DNA of 63,917 nucleotides, filler included, from Reticulomyxa filosa (GCA_000512085.1; 32 parts of 32 records of this genome joined end to end with filler, not necessarily neighbours in it), one strand, 5' to 3'; positions 36,870 to 50,796 are shown, counted from the whole stretch's first letter. Notes: generated by a model from the sequence alone, not told the origin. Numbers and translations: made by a program.

Positions 36870-38388
36870 NNNNNNNNNNNNNNNNNNNNNNNNNNNNNNN
36901 NNNNNNNNNNNNNTTAATTAATTAANNNNNNNNNNNNNNNNNNNNNNNNNNNNNNNNNNNNNNNNNNNNTTCGTGATATCTTGTGGAATTCATTGTCAGT
37001 GCATGGCTGTTATTACCATTGGCATTATTTTCTCAATGAGGTAGCTTTCAAATTCTTCCATTTTTCTTTGTATTTTTTTAAAATAATAATAATAAAAATT
37101 AAAAAAAAAAAAAAGAGTATAAAAGTTTAGAGTGTGGATATGCTTTTTGAAAATAAAACGGAATGGTGTTTATTGTCCAAACAAAATTCAATAAATGAAC
37201 ATTCGCTTATTAAAAAAAAACTAATGGCTAAATTATTTTCTTTAATTAGAAAATAATTAAAAAGTTTGTTGAATTGAAGTAATATTTAATGCTTTTTGAA
37301 TGCATTCTAGATAAGCATATCTAAAAAAAAAAAAACAGTATATTAGAAAAATCTTTTTGGTAAGGCTAAGAAAGAGCTTATGGAACTGCATTTAAATGTC
37401 AAAATAAAGAAATGTTCAAATCTATTTTTAAAAAAAGATTATATTTTATTCAAGCAATGTGTTTAATACTTTTTTTTTGTCATTCCAATGGAAATATTGT
37501 TTGAAGTAATCGTTTCGTTTTTTCCATTCATTTTGGCTACTTTGTATTCATTTAATCTTATCAAGCAAAAAAAAAATCATTTAATAACAAGCTTAGAGTC
37601 TCAAAAAAAAAAAATTACGATATTTTATGAAAACGAAAAAGAAGTGGGTATTCAATCGTACCTTATAAAAAATATCGAAAAAGTGAGTCAAGAAGATAAA
37701 CTCGTAACAAAAAAGTTTAGATCGGACAACTACAGATATAATAAAACGGTTTCTGTAAACAACAGTCTGAAAGTCAGTGGATTGGACAATTTTAATTTGT
37801 ATTTGATCCATTCAATCCATAGGAGGTGAAAATATTAAGACATATCAAACTTTGGTAGATTTGCAAGGAAAGAGCAAAATTAAATCCATTGGTAAGTCAT
37901 AAGATCAATTTTTGTTTATAAACAGTAAAAAACAAAAAAGGTGTGCCATACTACTAAAACACAATGTAACCCGCATGGACAAGCCTGAATAGGATTATAT
38001 ATCAACACAATGGGATACACTCAACTTTTTTTAACATTCTTTCAATAGTTACAAGTTTGTGAATATTCATTTACGTTTGTGGCATTCGTCTTATAGCTAA
38101 GACTCATTGAAAAAATTAATTTTAACAATACAATCGTTTTTCTATCTCTACAATTCAAAAACAAAAGATAAAATGCGAAATTTTGTTTTATTCAAAAAAG
38201 ATATTCAAAAAAATCTACAGCCAAAAAGTAATTCACATTCTTTGTAAAATTTTTCATTGTCCTTCCTCTTCAACAGATATTACTAAAAAAAAACTTTTTT
38301 TATAGTAATTGATGAAACGACAATGCTTAAAAAGTTTGTATATTGTGTAGCCAAAAAGAGTTGTTTGAACAAAAAAAAAGATTTGGAA

Positions 38389-39369
38389 TTAAGTCGCAAT
38401 CACTTGAGGTGAATTTAAATCATGATTGCCATTTGTTAAAGTGTGATTATCCGGAAGTGTGTCACTGACAACTTGTGATGTGCCATCCAATCCGTCTGCA
38501 GATCCATGTGTATACATATATGTAAATAAATAAATTAATGTATACGTACGCATGTTTGTAGTCAAAGTGCAAGTATAAAATTGCAATTTTTTTTTTTTAT
38601 ATTAAGTGCATTGTAAGTTATATGAAATTAACTTGGATTTGTGTGATTGCCATTCTGTGGCGACGAGAGTGAGCGTGAATGAAGGACATCAACAGGATGC
38701 TCATGACTATTCGAATCAAATTGTTGGTCAACTCCATCAATCGCCTCTATCTCATCGTGTTCAACCTCCTGATCATTGACCTCGTCAGGTTTGGGTTCGG
38801 CCTTGCCTGGCCGAAATACATTCTTCACACTATCCCACCATTCTCGTGTTCCCTTTTGAGGTGATTCGGGACTAGTGGATTGTGATCGTTGATGACGTGA
38901 TGTTTTTTTATCTCCAACAATCGACCTTTTATATATATATATATATGTATGTATATAAGTTGAATGGAAAGGGAAAAAAAAAAGATTGACCATGGAGAAA
39001 AGTGGAAATGTGCGGAATGGCTCCGAGGAACATGTTTTCGAAAGGACTGATCATTGTCGGCGTCATTTGAGAGCATTTGTTGATCGGTATATTGAAGATC
39101 ATCCTCTTCTTCCAGCGGGACGTGATTATTGTCGTCCATGCCCAACCTGCTATTAGGCAGGAGTTCTTCGGGCTGCACGAGCAGTCTCCCTAGCGAAGAC
39201 CCAGTCACCATGGCCGCCTCGCCATACTCGTACGTCTTTGCGATGATCATTCTCGGCGAAGGCAGGGTCAAATTCATCAATGCGCGATCGGAAAGTCGGA
39301 AGCTCAGTTTGGGAATGTGTTTCGATAACGATAGCGTCGTCGTCGTCGTCGTTGTTGTTGCTGTTGAAC

Positions 39370-39403
<34 letters not shown>

Positions 39404-39419
39404 CAACTCGGCTTCATTG
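38389..39419 (-). CDS. 3' part of a low-complexity hypothetical protein (about 3 exons)
   Basis: Open coding-like exons 38990-39419, 38632-38927 and 38389-38505 separated by AT-rich introns. Confidence 0.5.
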
Positions 39420-39555
39420 NNNNNNNNNNNNNNNNNNNNNNNNNNNNNNNNNNNNNNNNNNNNTTAATTAATTAANNNNNNNNNNNNNNNNNNNNNNNNN
39501 NNNNNNNNNNNNNNNNNNNATGTTGAATAAATTATTTATATTTATTTGTTATTTG

Positions 39556-40212
39556 TCAATTGTAAATAAACAGATAACACATTGGTTGTTGTCCAATCCA
39601 TTTTATATAATATTTCCACAATAAAAATTGGGTATCATAATAATACAAATTACCATCATTTCCTTTTTGGAATCCATATTCTATTAAAAGATATTGCATA
39701 TTTGCAAATAATGTATCTATATTAACATTGAATTGATAACATTTTTGTGTTAAAATTTTATAAAATGAATTGATATTGATTTGACGATATTTCATAATTT
39801 TGGGATAATATAGAATATTCCACAATATATACAAACACATTTCTCTCATTATTTTTAATTCATTGCTTTCTTTCGTTCTATTACATACATAAATCATAAA
39901 ACTTTCTTACATATATTCACATTTTTTGAGCAATCTTTAACTTATTGATATCGTAAGTAGAAGAAATTTCCATTAATTTTAATGATGTATCTAAATAAAT
40001 TTGATTAGATTGTTTCCATGTTCTCAAAATAGTTTCTTTGTCATGTTTATCAAATTCTTCCAATAATTTCACTAAATTCTGCTGTTGTTTTAATTTTAAC
40101 TTGTTTTCTACAACGAAACTCAGAATCATAATTACGTCATCAGAGTTTCCCTTACACAAATTCCATGTTCTTGAAATGATTTGTTTTTCAATTGTGTCTT
40201 GAAATTGTTCCA
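39556..40212 (-). CDS. PUB/PUG-domain-like protein, partial
   Basis: LYILWNILYYPKIMKYRQIN...LLIEYGFQ fits the PUB pattern (NI..P...KYR.I...LGF). Confidence 0.55.
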
Positions 40213-40703
40213 TTGAGAAAATTCTTTTGGAATTGAAACTAAGTTCAATCAGAAAAAAATTTTGAGTAATCTCTTTTCTCTCTACAAAACTTGGCAATTT
40301 TACATTTAAATTGCATTAAATTCGATTTTGGAACATTCAAAACACAAAACAATTACATGAAATCAAGAGGCTTGGATGATGACAATGGAATATATTCTTT
40401 TGAATTTCAAAATATGCAATTTTTATGTGTTAATTTATTTCTATGTCTTTCTCGTTTGAAAATTTACAGAAAAGTTTTTTTATTTAATTTGTTATCAAAA
40501 AGAAAATCTTATACTATTTNNNNNNNNNNNNNNNNNNNNNNNNNNNNNNNNNNNNNNNNNNNNTTAATTAATTAANNNNNNNNNNNNNNNNNNNNNNNNN
40601 NNNNNNNNNNNNNNNNNNNATATGTATATTGTAATTAATTAATAATGCTCATCAATGACACTTTTTTTTTTTAAAAAAAAAAAAAACAACAAAAAACAAA
40701 CAA

Positions 40704-41198
40704 TCAATTTCCTAAGTGAGTGCGGTTGTGAGCCATTACTTCATTGTAATAAGAAGGCTTCTGATGAAATTGAAAGTGAGTACAACTCCATGGGTGTCTT
40801 GACAAAGACAACGCTCTTCGACTCACCAAATCCATTGTGCACAACTCTTTCACTGTCAAATATCTGCACACATGGTGCCACAGATCCGATGACAGCTTCC
40901 CGAAAAATATGCTGCTTATCGTGCTTGTGCTTTTGCTTACTGCTTTTTCACTCACACTCTTTTGTGCACACACTACCATTGCTTTTATTTGCTCTGCTGT
41001 CACACGATTGCGCGCTAAACATTGATACAGCCCACTAAATAGTATCCTCAACAATAACTCTTTTGACAGGTTTTCATCTTTATTGAACACGTCAAGAAAC
41101 AAAACCAGGTCGCTTCCACTTAGAGTTCTAAGCTTGGATTGTAACTCCAACAATGATATAAAAGGGTCATGTTCTATTATTGAGGTCATCGTGTACAC
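40704..41198 (-). CDS. F-box protein, 5' part
   Basis: FGKLSSDLWHHVCRYLTVKELCTMDLVSRR is an F-box-like motif. Confidence 0.7.
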   Translation of the reverse strand: MYTMTSIIEHDPFISLLELQSKLRTLSGSDLVLFLDVFNKDENLSKELLLRILFSGLYQCLARNRVTAEQIKAMVVCAQKSVSEKAVSKSTSTISSIFFGKLSSDLWHHVCRYLTVKELCTMDLVSRRALSLSRHPWSCTHFQFHQKPSYYNEVMAHNRTHLGN

Positions 41199-41624
41199 CT
41201 ACACATATATATATAAAAGGGACAAAGTTTAACTTTGAACTTTTACTGAAAGCAAAGAGATTCCATTTAGAAGTAATAAAACTATTTTTTTCATTGCAAC
41301 ATGTCACATTTGTCTGCACATAATTGTGATTTTTTTTACATGCACTTTGTGTTACGTAAGGATCCGAGATATAATTTCATGCTCATTGATAGTGAAAAAA
41401 CCAAAGTACTTGTAAGATTGTCACATATGCACAACCAATGTCAACAATACATGTTTAATTATTTGAAATTTACACAATTAAAAAATGTATGTAACAACTA
41501 TTCTTTTGAAAAAAAAAAAAGTTAGTTAGTACGGCTGCTTGCAATTAAGTGATACATACTATTCAAAAATATTTTGAGCATGATTTAACGAAGCAATGTT
41601 GTACAGTGAATTTAATTAGCCTTT

Positions 41625-42017
41625 TCAATAGGAGAGCCCAATGAATACAGCCCCTGCAATAGCCATTGCAAGTCCAACAATTACCCCGCAGAGTCCTACC
41701 TTCCACATATTCTTTCCACAAACCCACAAGAATACACCTATACAAACAATTACTAAGCCAATTGCGAACAAGACCCACGCGAGTATTTGGACCATATTAT
41801 CACAATAGGCTTGCCCTCTACATTGGCACACGCTTTGTAAGCACGATTGACAATAACTGCACGTTGTTCCATTGGAATAAGCGCTGTTGTCAATTGCACA
41901 CTGATGATACTTTTGTGGGTCACTTGAGTTTAAATACTGCCCACATTGCCAGTCTTCGCATGAGCATTTCACTGTTTTCAGCAGTGGTATTAGATCAAAG
42001 GCAAGGGCTTGTAACAT
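41625..42017 (-). CDS. Small Cys-rich protein with two C-terminal transmembrane helices
   Basis: Intact 130-codon ORF from ATG to stop; 11 Cys before two hydrophobic segments. Confidence 0.65.
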   Translation of the reverse strand: MLQALAFDLIPLLKTVKCSCEDWQCGQYLNSSDPQKYHQCAIDNSAYSNGTTCSYCQSCLQSVCQCRGQAYCDNMVQILAWVLFAIGLVIVCIGVFLWVCGKNMWKVGLCGVIVGLAMAIAGAVFIGLSY

Positions 42018-42262
42018 TGTTATTGTGACGGATGAGTTGAACCGATTTAAGTTTTTTTAACACAACAGTGTCTACTTGATTTTTTTTGTTGGTCATAAGA
42101 ATTAATTTGAGCAAAACAAAAAAAAAAAAAAAGTTAGCAAAAGTATTTGAGTTGCAGTGATAAAAACTATGTAAGTGCAAATCTTGTGTAGTTGATAAAT
42201 ATAAGATTTGTTTGAAAGTTTTTTTTTAAGAGGTTTTGCTAATAATAAAAAACTTTGCTCAA

Positions 42263-42448
42263 ATGGCCGATCAATCAAGTGGAGAAGAGGAATCTGAATA
42301 TGAAGAAGTGACAGATTTAGAGAGTACAACAGAGAACAAAGGAGACGTGATCAAAGCTCCGACTCCGGGCAAAGCAAGTGTGAAAACACTGAACCAACCA
42401 ACAGTAGTCGAAGCGACGCGAGCAAGTAGCGAGCAAAAAGAAAAGCAA
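42263..42448 (+). CDS. 5' start of a hypothetical protein
   Basis: MADQSSGEEESEYEEVTD..., open to the contig end. Confidence 0.5.
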
Positions 42449-42548
42449 NNNNNNNNNNNNNNNNNNNNNNNNNNNNNNNNNNNNNNNNNNNNTTAATTAA
42501 TTAANNNNNNNNNNNNNNNNNNNNNNNNNNNNNNNNNNNNNNNNNNNN

Positions 42549-42602
42549 ATAAAACATTGAAAATAAAACATTGAAAATAAAACATTGAAAATGAAACATT
42601 AT
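42549..42602. repeat. 14-bp tandem repeat (ATAAAACATTGAAA), about 4 copies
   Basis: Seen directly in the sequence. Confidence 0.85.
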
Positions 42603-42802
42603 AAAATTATTGTGTTATGCTTAAATGACAAAATATTTTGCTTGCAGGATGTAAAAACGATAAAGTGATACAAATTAGAAGAACATCATTGACCGGTCAA
42701 TGAACATTGAAACAAAAGAGTTGAAATAAACAAGGAAATAATCAGGGAGTCTTGCACAAAAATGAACAACCCTGATATTTTCTTTGAAATTACAAAACAG
42801 CA

Positions 42803-45282
42803 TCAACTAATTGCATCCAAATGTTGAACACCAAAATCATACTTAATTTGTACTTCATGTTCGACATATTCTCTTCCTTTTATTGTTATTGTCACCCGAA
42901 TCATGGTTTCACCAAAATAAAAACGAACATAAAAGCAATCCTTCACAGCATCAAAATCTTCTGGATATGGAATTTCGATACATCCTAAACGTTCACATCC
43001 AGTAATCACTCCTGGGTCTATTTCCTCACTACGATAAATCAGAGTCAATGCAATTTTGTCACTTTTACTTCGTTTGCTGTAGCTATGCTCGACCATCTAT
43101 AAAATAATCAAATAATCAAAAAACAAACATCACTAATATTTGATATTCAAGACATAATAAATATTGCAATAATCAACTTGTCCCACTTTCACTTCTTCGT
43201 CTTTATTCACAAATACATTGAAACAGTTATCAACGTACTCTTGATTAGTAATATCATTAATAAATTTGTGTTTGCTGATATGATCTTCACTGATTTTTGA
43301 ATGAGATCGAGCATGTTCTATTGGCAAACCAGACCAAGTCCCATAAGTGTATTTAACAATTCTGGAAGAAATGAAAGAAGGAATTCTTGCCAATTGAGCA
43401 GCTCCTTCCACCACTGAAAAAACAGGTCGTTCAGACATTACAAATGTATATTTGGGTTCATAATGTTGTTTGAGTCTGTGTTGCAAATAAGGAGATTGAC
43501 TAAATCCACCCACCAAACATATATACTTCAATTTGTCACTCAATATATTTTCATTTCTTTTTAACACTTCATCCATTTGTTTGATTATTGGATCAATTCT
43601 TTTATCAAACAATTTCATCCATAATTTGCAAGAAAGTGATAAATACTCTTGATCATATTCATGTCTTTCGTTTGTATTTTGGTTTCATTTATTTATCCAA
43701 ATCAATTGCCATTATATTTTAAAAAAAGGAAAAATAAACTTACCCAGATTCTTCAAGATATTTAAAATTAGAAACTAATTCTTCTAAATTGCTAGGAATG
43801 TTGTCCTGCATAAATTGATCAAATTCATACGGAATTTCAATTCGATAAACTCCAGTTGTCTTTTTATTGTTAAAAAATCGTTGTTTACTTTTTTCAATAT
43901 TTTCCAATAATTGCAAATAATGTATTGGATGTGTTGCTTGGAACTCCTTCATTTTCTTTTCATCAGATTTTTTATTAGATTTTATTGTAAATATTTTGTC
44001 AAATATGGCTTCAATATCTTTATTAATATAATAGCTTCCCCAAGGACCTCCAAATGAAGCAACCATTTCTTTCACTTCAAATGGTCCAGTGATCTCATGA
44101 CACACCATATCAGCTGTCCCTGCTCCTAAGTCCATCATCATATAACAATCCCCTGTTTTGAATTGTACAGTATCTAATTTATCTTTCATTTCAAGCATCA
44201 TACACATGCTTGCACATTCAGGTTCAAGTACAATAAGTAATTGATTAGGGATAGATGGACTCCATATTTCAGCTTGTTGAGCCCATTGTTTCATCATTGA
44301 TTTAGCTTCTTCGCTCCAAATGGCTGGCACTGTTATTACCCATTGGATTTTATTTTCATTCACAGTGATATTATTTTGTTTGAAATATTCAATAGCTTTT
44401 TGTTTGCAGAATTTCAAAGCACCAATAAATACAATTTCAGATTTGACACAAACTCCATTTATCGATTTCAACTCTCTTTTGACAATTGATTGTTTTTTTA
44501 CTTGGTATTCACCTGCAACATCTTTTTTTAAAAAAAAATCATGAATGCAGTATTTATGAATAAAACAAAGATTAATTTAAAAAAAAATCAAACCATATAG
44601 ATCCATTTTAAATCTGTGAAATAACAGCCATTTATCAGCATCTCTATCCGGAGCTTGATACCTTTTTTTTTTTAATTGAGTAATTTTTCGAGAGAAAAAG
44701 GAGTTTATAATATGTTAAAATGAAATAGTGAACTTAGTCCATGCTTCATTTCCAAAAGCGATGTTTTTATGATTTTGATCCATTAACAATGCTGTCTTTG
44801 TTTTATTTTTAACCTCTTTTTTATCACATATTCCACTGCTGCTCCAATCTGTTACAAGACGTACTGCATCTTTTCCTTTAATATTAATACCCATGCTCGT
44901 CCCATCAGTCCCGAAATCAATTGCAACGATGCAATCGAAATTTTCTGTATTTCTCCATGGTACACTTGATCTTTTGTTGAGTAATACAAAAATTGGAGTA
45001 CTTTTTTTTATGTTATTCTATGTTTTTTTAAATTTAAAATAGATAACAAAACTGTTGGATTTTGGGCTGACTATAATTTGATTTTGGCGTCTGACATTCT
45101 ATACATCGTTGATACTGCTGTTTGTTGGACTTTTGACAGATCGTACATTTCCACTCTCCAGTGTCTTGATTTTGTCCGTCTTGTCTGTGAGAAAATGTCG
45201 ACTGGTCGGAACGAAAAACATTTCCTCTGTCTCTGCTCTCTTTGATATCTTCATCGTCCTTTCCTTCTTGGTTGTTTGACAT
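42803..45282 (-). CDS. HSPA12-like atypical Hsp70 with an N-terminal RanBP2-type zinc finger
   Basis: WKCTICQKSNKQQYQRCIECQTPK; then IVAIDFGTDGT, WVITVPAIW, VLEPECAS, MMDLGAGTAD, LVGGFSQSPYL, FYFGET; short AT-rich introns. Confidence 0.85.
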
Positions 45283-46061
45283 GTCTAAGTTTTTAGAACT
45301 CTGGTCGAACTTTTTAACAAGTTTCACCCGGTTCTAACATTCCATTTGATATTACGAAGAAAATTGTTAGATGCGCTACGAGGCTTATAGTTGCAAATTG
45401 GCAGGGAAACTCTTTGTACCAATACGCTGTAGTGCTGCAGTGTTTAATCAAATATTTGCAACAGTTTTAAAATATGTGATTTTGTCTTTTTTTAAGTCCT
45501 AAAAATTTTTTAACCAAATCTTTATTCACAGTTGGGTGGAAATCAAGATGTTGAAAAGAACCCCACTGAAAACCGAGTTTTTTTCTTTTTATACGCTCAA
45601 ATTAAAGAACCGATTTGTTTTTTTAAAAAGATGACATCATCACCAATGATGAACAAACGTACGCCTTTTTATGTTGGTTTTGCATCAGTGTTGTCTTTCG
45701 TTGGCTACAAATTGTTGATAACCTCTCGCTTGTCCTTAACGGACTTGTTTCACGCCAGAATAAGTTTTGTGTGTGTATGTAGTATGCCATGTATAAAAAA
45801 AAAGGAAATAAAAAAAAAAATAGAAAATCCAAAAATACNNNNNNNNNNNNNNNNNNNNNNNNNNNNNNNNNNNNNNNNNNNNTTAATTAATTAANNNNNN
45901 NNNNNNNNNNNNNNNNNNNNNNNNNNNNNNNNNNNNNNTGGTCAGGGGGAATTACAGTATCAATGCTAATGCTCAACTGAATCCTCTGAACCTTGTTTTT
46001 GAAGTCTTCCTTCAAAATACAAATTTTTAAAAAAGTTTATCTCGATTAAGGATTTTATTTT

Positions 46062-46766
46062 TTATTTTTTTTTATTTTTCAGATTTGTGATTCTCCTTCC
46101 GCAATACTTGCATATTTTTGAATTCTTGCAGTCCTTCGCAAAGTGATTCAACTTGAAACACTTTCTGCATTTGATAAAATGTAATCTTGGACGACGTCGA
46201 TACTTATCAAAGATTTCATGCTTTGCTTCATTAAGTCCAATTGTGATAATTTTTTTTTGAAGTATCCTTTGGATCTTTGGCACTCGAAAATATCATCTTC
46301 ACAAATGCATGCCCTTAAATCTTTCCAAAGTGTTAACAACTTCTTGAAAATATTCTCTTGTTAACACATTCTTCAGTATCATACATCAGTTTGTTTCAGA
46401 ATTCGATATTTCTTGCTTTCGTTTCTCCAGTTGTTCAGAAACATAGTTCTTTCTGAATATTGAACAGAAAGGGATTCTATGTTGCTCTTGCTTTTCGTCG
46501 TTGTCCAATTCTTGTGACTTGGATTACTGTCTTGAATTGAACTGTTCCTCAATTCACTTGACTTTGGAAATGCATAAACAACGTTTTCCATGATTGGGAA
46601 AATGTGTGCTTTCAATTTCTTCACAAATATTCTCTCTTTTACTCCAATGAATTTCAAAATTGATTTTTGCGACTTGTCTTGCAGAAGTAGTCTTTTCTTG
46701 TTTTTTTGATCTGCTAACTTTCAAAGTTCGTTGTTGCAACTGGAAGGAAAATTTAAATTGTTTCAT
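46062..46766 (-). mobile_element. Decayed LINE ORF1 (zinc knuckle)
   Basis: RPRLHFIKCRKCFKLNHFAKDC..ICKYCG with upstream stops; homologous to both parts of 12698-13720. Confidence 0.75.
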
Positions 46767-48151
46767 TCATTTGAAACTTTTTATTACTTTTTCAATATTT
46801 TGATTTGTTTATTTGTGTCTTGAGGACGATCGTATATGTTTATGTTTTTCTTTTATCTTATTTGGTCCAGGTACTTAAACTTGTTTTGGTTTGCACTTTC
46901 GGGTATGTGAGTTATGGCGAATAACAGTGATGAGTGAGTAACGAAGCAATGAGTAGTCTGATACCTTCACGCCCTCCCGGTGCAAAAGCTTTGAAAAAAC
47001 TGTGTATTTGATGACGTGGCACTTTGGATATCGATATTTATAAGTGATGTTGATGAAATTGATATTATTACATCAAGATCTGTATAACGTATATATTTAG
47101 TCGAACAAATTGAAGATGTTACTTGCAGCTGATAAGACCCAGTGAATCACTTTCAGACATTAAAATAAATGATGCAATTGGCTTTGCAGCTTCAAACCTG
47201 AGTGAATGTGATCATGTGGAGTATCTTGGATTGTTTTTTTTAGTACTGTGTTCTATTTCTTAGAACGAATTGTTGATAAAGCGATAGAGTGGTCCAACAA
47301 TTAAAAATTTGCTTAAAAAAAGAAAAAAAATTACGAAGTACGTAAAGTCAGAAGTGGAAGACCCGAAAAACAACTAACAGATTAATTGTCAAAACAACAA
47401 AATCTTGTCGATTTGATTTTGCCAATACGCTTAAACTGTATTTAAAGAAATCAGCATCAAATGATACTATACGCCGGGATACATGAAGCAGGATTACGAA
47501 GTTGTGTGTCGCAGCAAAACCGTTTGTAAATGAAGATTATACGAAAAGCGAAAAATTGATTGAAAATTGCAAAGCAATGATTAGTTGAACAAAATTGCAA
47601 ATCAACACTATATCAGACGCTTTGCTGCTGATCCAGAATATAAAGAAAAACAAGTAGTAAGTGATAAATCCAACCGAACACTTTGTATTCGGAGCAACAA
47701 CGAAAAGACCTACGAAAACCATATCAAAAAATTTTTTCTTTTTTAATTTTTGCTTGAATTTGTTGATTGATGATAATTAAATTGTTGAAATCTCAAATAA
47801 TATTGAGATTCATTCTACTTCTTTCAATAGATCAAAGAAAGCTAAAACAAAAAATTAATTTAATACTTATCATCATCAAAAAAAATATGTAAAAGTCGAA
47901 TTGTATAACAACACTGCATAATTGTAATAGTTGAAAACGTTGCGTCCTTTCTTTGTTTGTTTTTTTTTATAAAGTGCTATGTTAATTTTTTAACGACTTG
48001 CTTTTCTTTTTGTTTTTTAATTTAGAATGAACTTTACCTTGGCTTTTAACTATTCCAAAAAAGATATCTAAAAATTTCGCAAGATAATAGCACTACATAT
48101 CAAAAAATTTAAAAAATTCTAAAAATAATTCCAAAATTTTCCAATATCTTA

Positions 48152-48307
48152 CAGTATGTTGAAAAGAAAACTGAACGCCTAAAACGATATCATATGATGA
48201 TAATTGATTTTCTCAATGAAAAATCAACATTTAGACATAATTTTTTTTTTAAATATCTACAAATCTTGTAGTTTTTAAATATAATATTGGTTTTTAATAA
48301 CTTTTTT
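48152..48307 (+). mobile_element. TA|CAGTA terminal-repeat family copy, cut by contig end
   Basis: TA|CAGTATGTTG; homologous to 36808, 49358 and 18035-18169. Confidence 0.75.
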
Positions 48308-49357
48308 NNNNNNNNNNNNNNNNNNNNNNNNNNNNNNNNNNNNNNNNNNNNTTAATTAATTAANNNNNNNNNNNNNNNNNNNNNNNNNNNNNNNNNNNNN
48401 NNNNNNNTCTTCACATTATTTTGCTTTCCGCAACGCGCTAGTATTCATATCTGCAGTCAAATGAATCATGTACAGATACTTTTACTCTTTTTTTATTTCC
48501 TTCTGCCACTTTATGCGATTGCTGGATCTCATTGAAAATTCGAAGCAATTCCATATCAATCCACAATTTCTTCACAGTATGTTTCTTTTTTCTTTCTGCA
48601 GCAGGAGAAGGACTGATGAAGGAATGAAACAAATGAGGATGAAGATGAGTGGTAGATACATAATTGTCCTTATCGTTGCCATTTATCTCGTGTTTTTGTG
48701 TCAGCACCAGTCGTATATACTTTTCTGCAAATGTGGTTATGTCTTGAAACAATGTATCGTTCGACCCATTCGTTTTTTCAAGCGTATAACTCAAATTATA
48801 TTTTCTCTCGCCATTCAAAGCTCATCACGTTGGCGACGTAAATTGCATCTAAATTCTTTTTATAGAAAACAAAAAAATTTGCACAAGAAATTTCGTACTT
48901 TTTTTTAATATTAAAAAAAAATTAAACAAATAAAAAAGCAAATAAAAAATTAATACAAAAAGCAAAATTATATCAGATTCTTGACTTTCTTTTCGTCTTT
49001 AGTATTATTTAAATTAACTTCTTATTTCTATTTTTCTTTTTAATTTTAATACTTCAACATGTATACATATTCTGAAGCTCCTTTTTACTTTCATCAAAAG
49101 CTTCAAGCTTACCTGTAAGTTTATAATCAACAGCAATAAAATGATCTTTCAGTTCAGTCACATATATATTTTTATTACCAAGCAAGAATTTGTATTCTTG
49201 CTTAAGACTGACTGTATTGTGAAGGGCCTAGCTTATGACTAATTGCTAAAAAAGGTAACATCAATTTATATCTTTTCTTTGTTTCCATTAAATTTTTTTT
49301 ATACTTACAGAAATACCACTTCAAATCAATTAAATTGCTTGTCCTTGTCTGTACTTA

Positions 49358-49526
49358 CAGTAGAACGCAAAGTAAATTGTAAACATAAAACGGCACCTTA
49401 TATAGATTATTGATTTTCTTCATGAAAAAAACAACATTCAAACCGAATTTTTTTTTATTTTAAAAAATATCTACGAACAGTGTAGTTTTTAAATATTATT
49501 TTGAATTTAGTTTTTTATTAAATCTT
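49358..49526 (+). mobile_element. TA|CAGTA terminal-repeat family copy, cut by contig end
   Basis: TA|CAGTAGAACGC..ATTGATTTTCTTCATGAAAAAAACAACAT..AAATATCTAC..TGTAGTTTTTAAATAT. Confidence 0.7.
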
Positions 49527-49644
49527 NNNNNNNNNNNNNNNNNNNNNNNNNNNNNNNNNNNNNNNNNNNNTTAATTAATTAANNNNNNNNNNNNNNNNNN
49601 NNNNNNNNNNNNNNNNNNNNNNNNNNTATATGTATACATGCATA

Positions 49645-50454
49645 TATAAGATCTAGAAGCAAACCTCCTAATCGATCAATCGTTTCAGGTGCGATTTGCA
49701 TCCTCATGTAGTACTTCAAATCCTCGACGGTGCAAAGACGTTCCAAGTCCTTTTTGGACGAGTTGTCGGCGTCGGCGCTGTCGTGTTTGTGTTTGAGCTG
49801 GTGGAGCGAAGACGACGGGGGTAGAAGGAGTGGAGGTGTGTTAGGGTTGAAGTTGGGATGATAGCGCTGGGTCATAAGGGCGTCTTTTTCGGCACAGGGG
49901 TCGATCAAATGATGAGACTGGATGCACTCCCAGACTTCGTCCAGCACAGTTTTTTCGCTGCAGATGGGCGGAGTGGAGTGAGGGTTTGCGCCAATGCCAA
50001 ACGTGGACAAAGTGGGCAAATGATTTGCATTGTGCTGCTTCATGTTCGAATGGCTGCCGCTAAAGCTGCGACTAATGCTACTGGTCTTGCCGTGACGGCT
50101 CGCTCGTGGCACCAGTGAGATCATGTGTGCCGCCGTCGCCGTGGACAGAGGAGATATGCACTCCTCCGATGTCAGCACCGACGCTTGATTGCTGAAGCGG
50201 TCATGACTCAACATGTGCAAGTGCGACCCTTGCAAACTGCGACTCGTCGCAGTGTTATTCCCAAAGTGGTCGCGGTTATACTCGCCAATAATGTCTTTCG
50301 GCCTATCCGATAAGAGTTTCTTCATTAGCGCTTCGTGTTTCATTTTTTTTTCTTTTTCCTTGTCCTTATCTTTGTCTTTGTCTTTTTTATCTTTTTCCTT
50401 TTCCTTTTCTTTTTGTTCCATCTCTCTTAAAACTTTATGTGATGCGCACTCCAA
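49645..50454 (-). CDS. Hypothetical protein exon
   Basis: ~270 open codons with GC-rich coding bias and a KD/KE repeat; no family recognised. Confidence 0.55.
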
Positions 50455-50796
50455 AAGTCAGTGTCCAATATCCGCTTTTCATCGGGATTAATCCCCAAAA
50501 AACTCTAATGTCGTCATCACCATCAACTTGTCCAAGTGCTCATGTTCCGGGGGTAAGTGCTTCAATTCTTCGAACAAATCATGTAACCCTTGAACCTTTT
50601 TTTTTTTTAAAAAATGCCCCTTTTTTTTTTTTTTTATTCTCTTTCTTAACCCTTACAAATATAATAATATACACCATATATATATATATATATACANNNN
50701 NNNNNNNNNNNNNNNNNNNNNNNNNNNNNNNNNNNNNNNNTTAATTAATTAANNNNNNNNNNNNNNNNNNNNNNNNNNNNNNNNNNNNNNNNNNNN

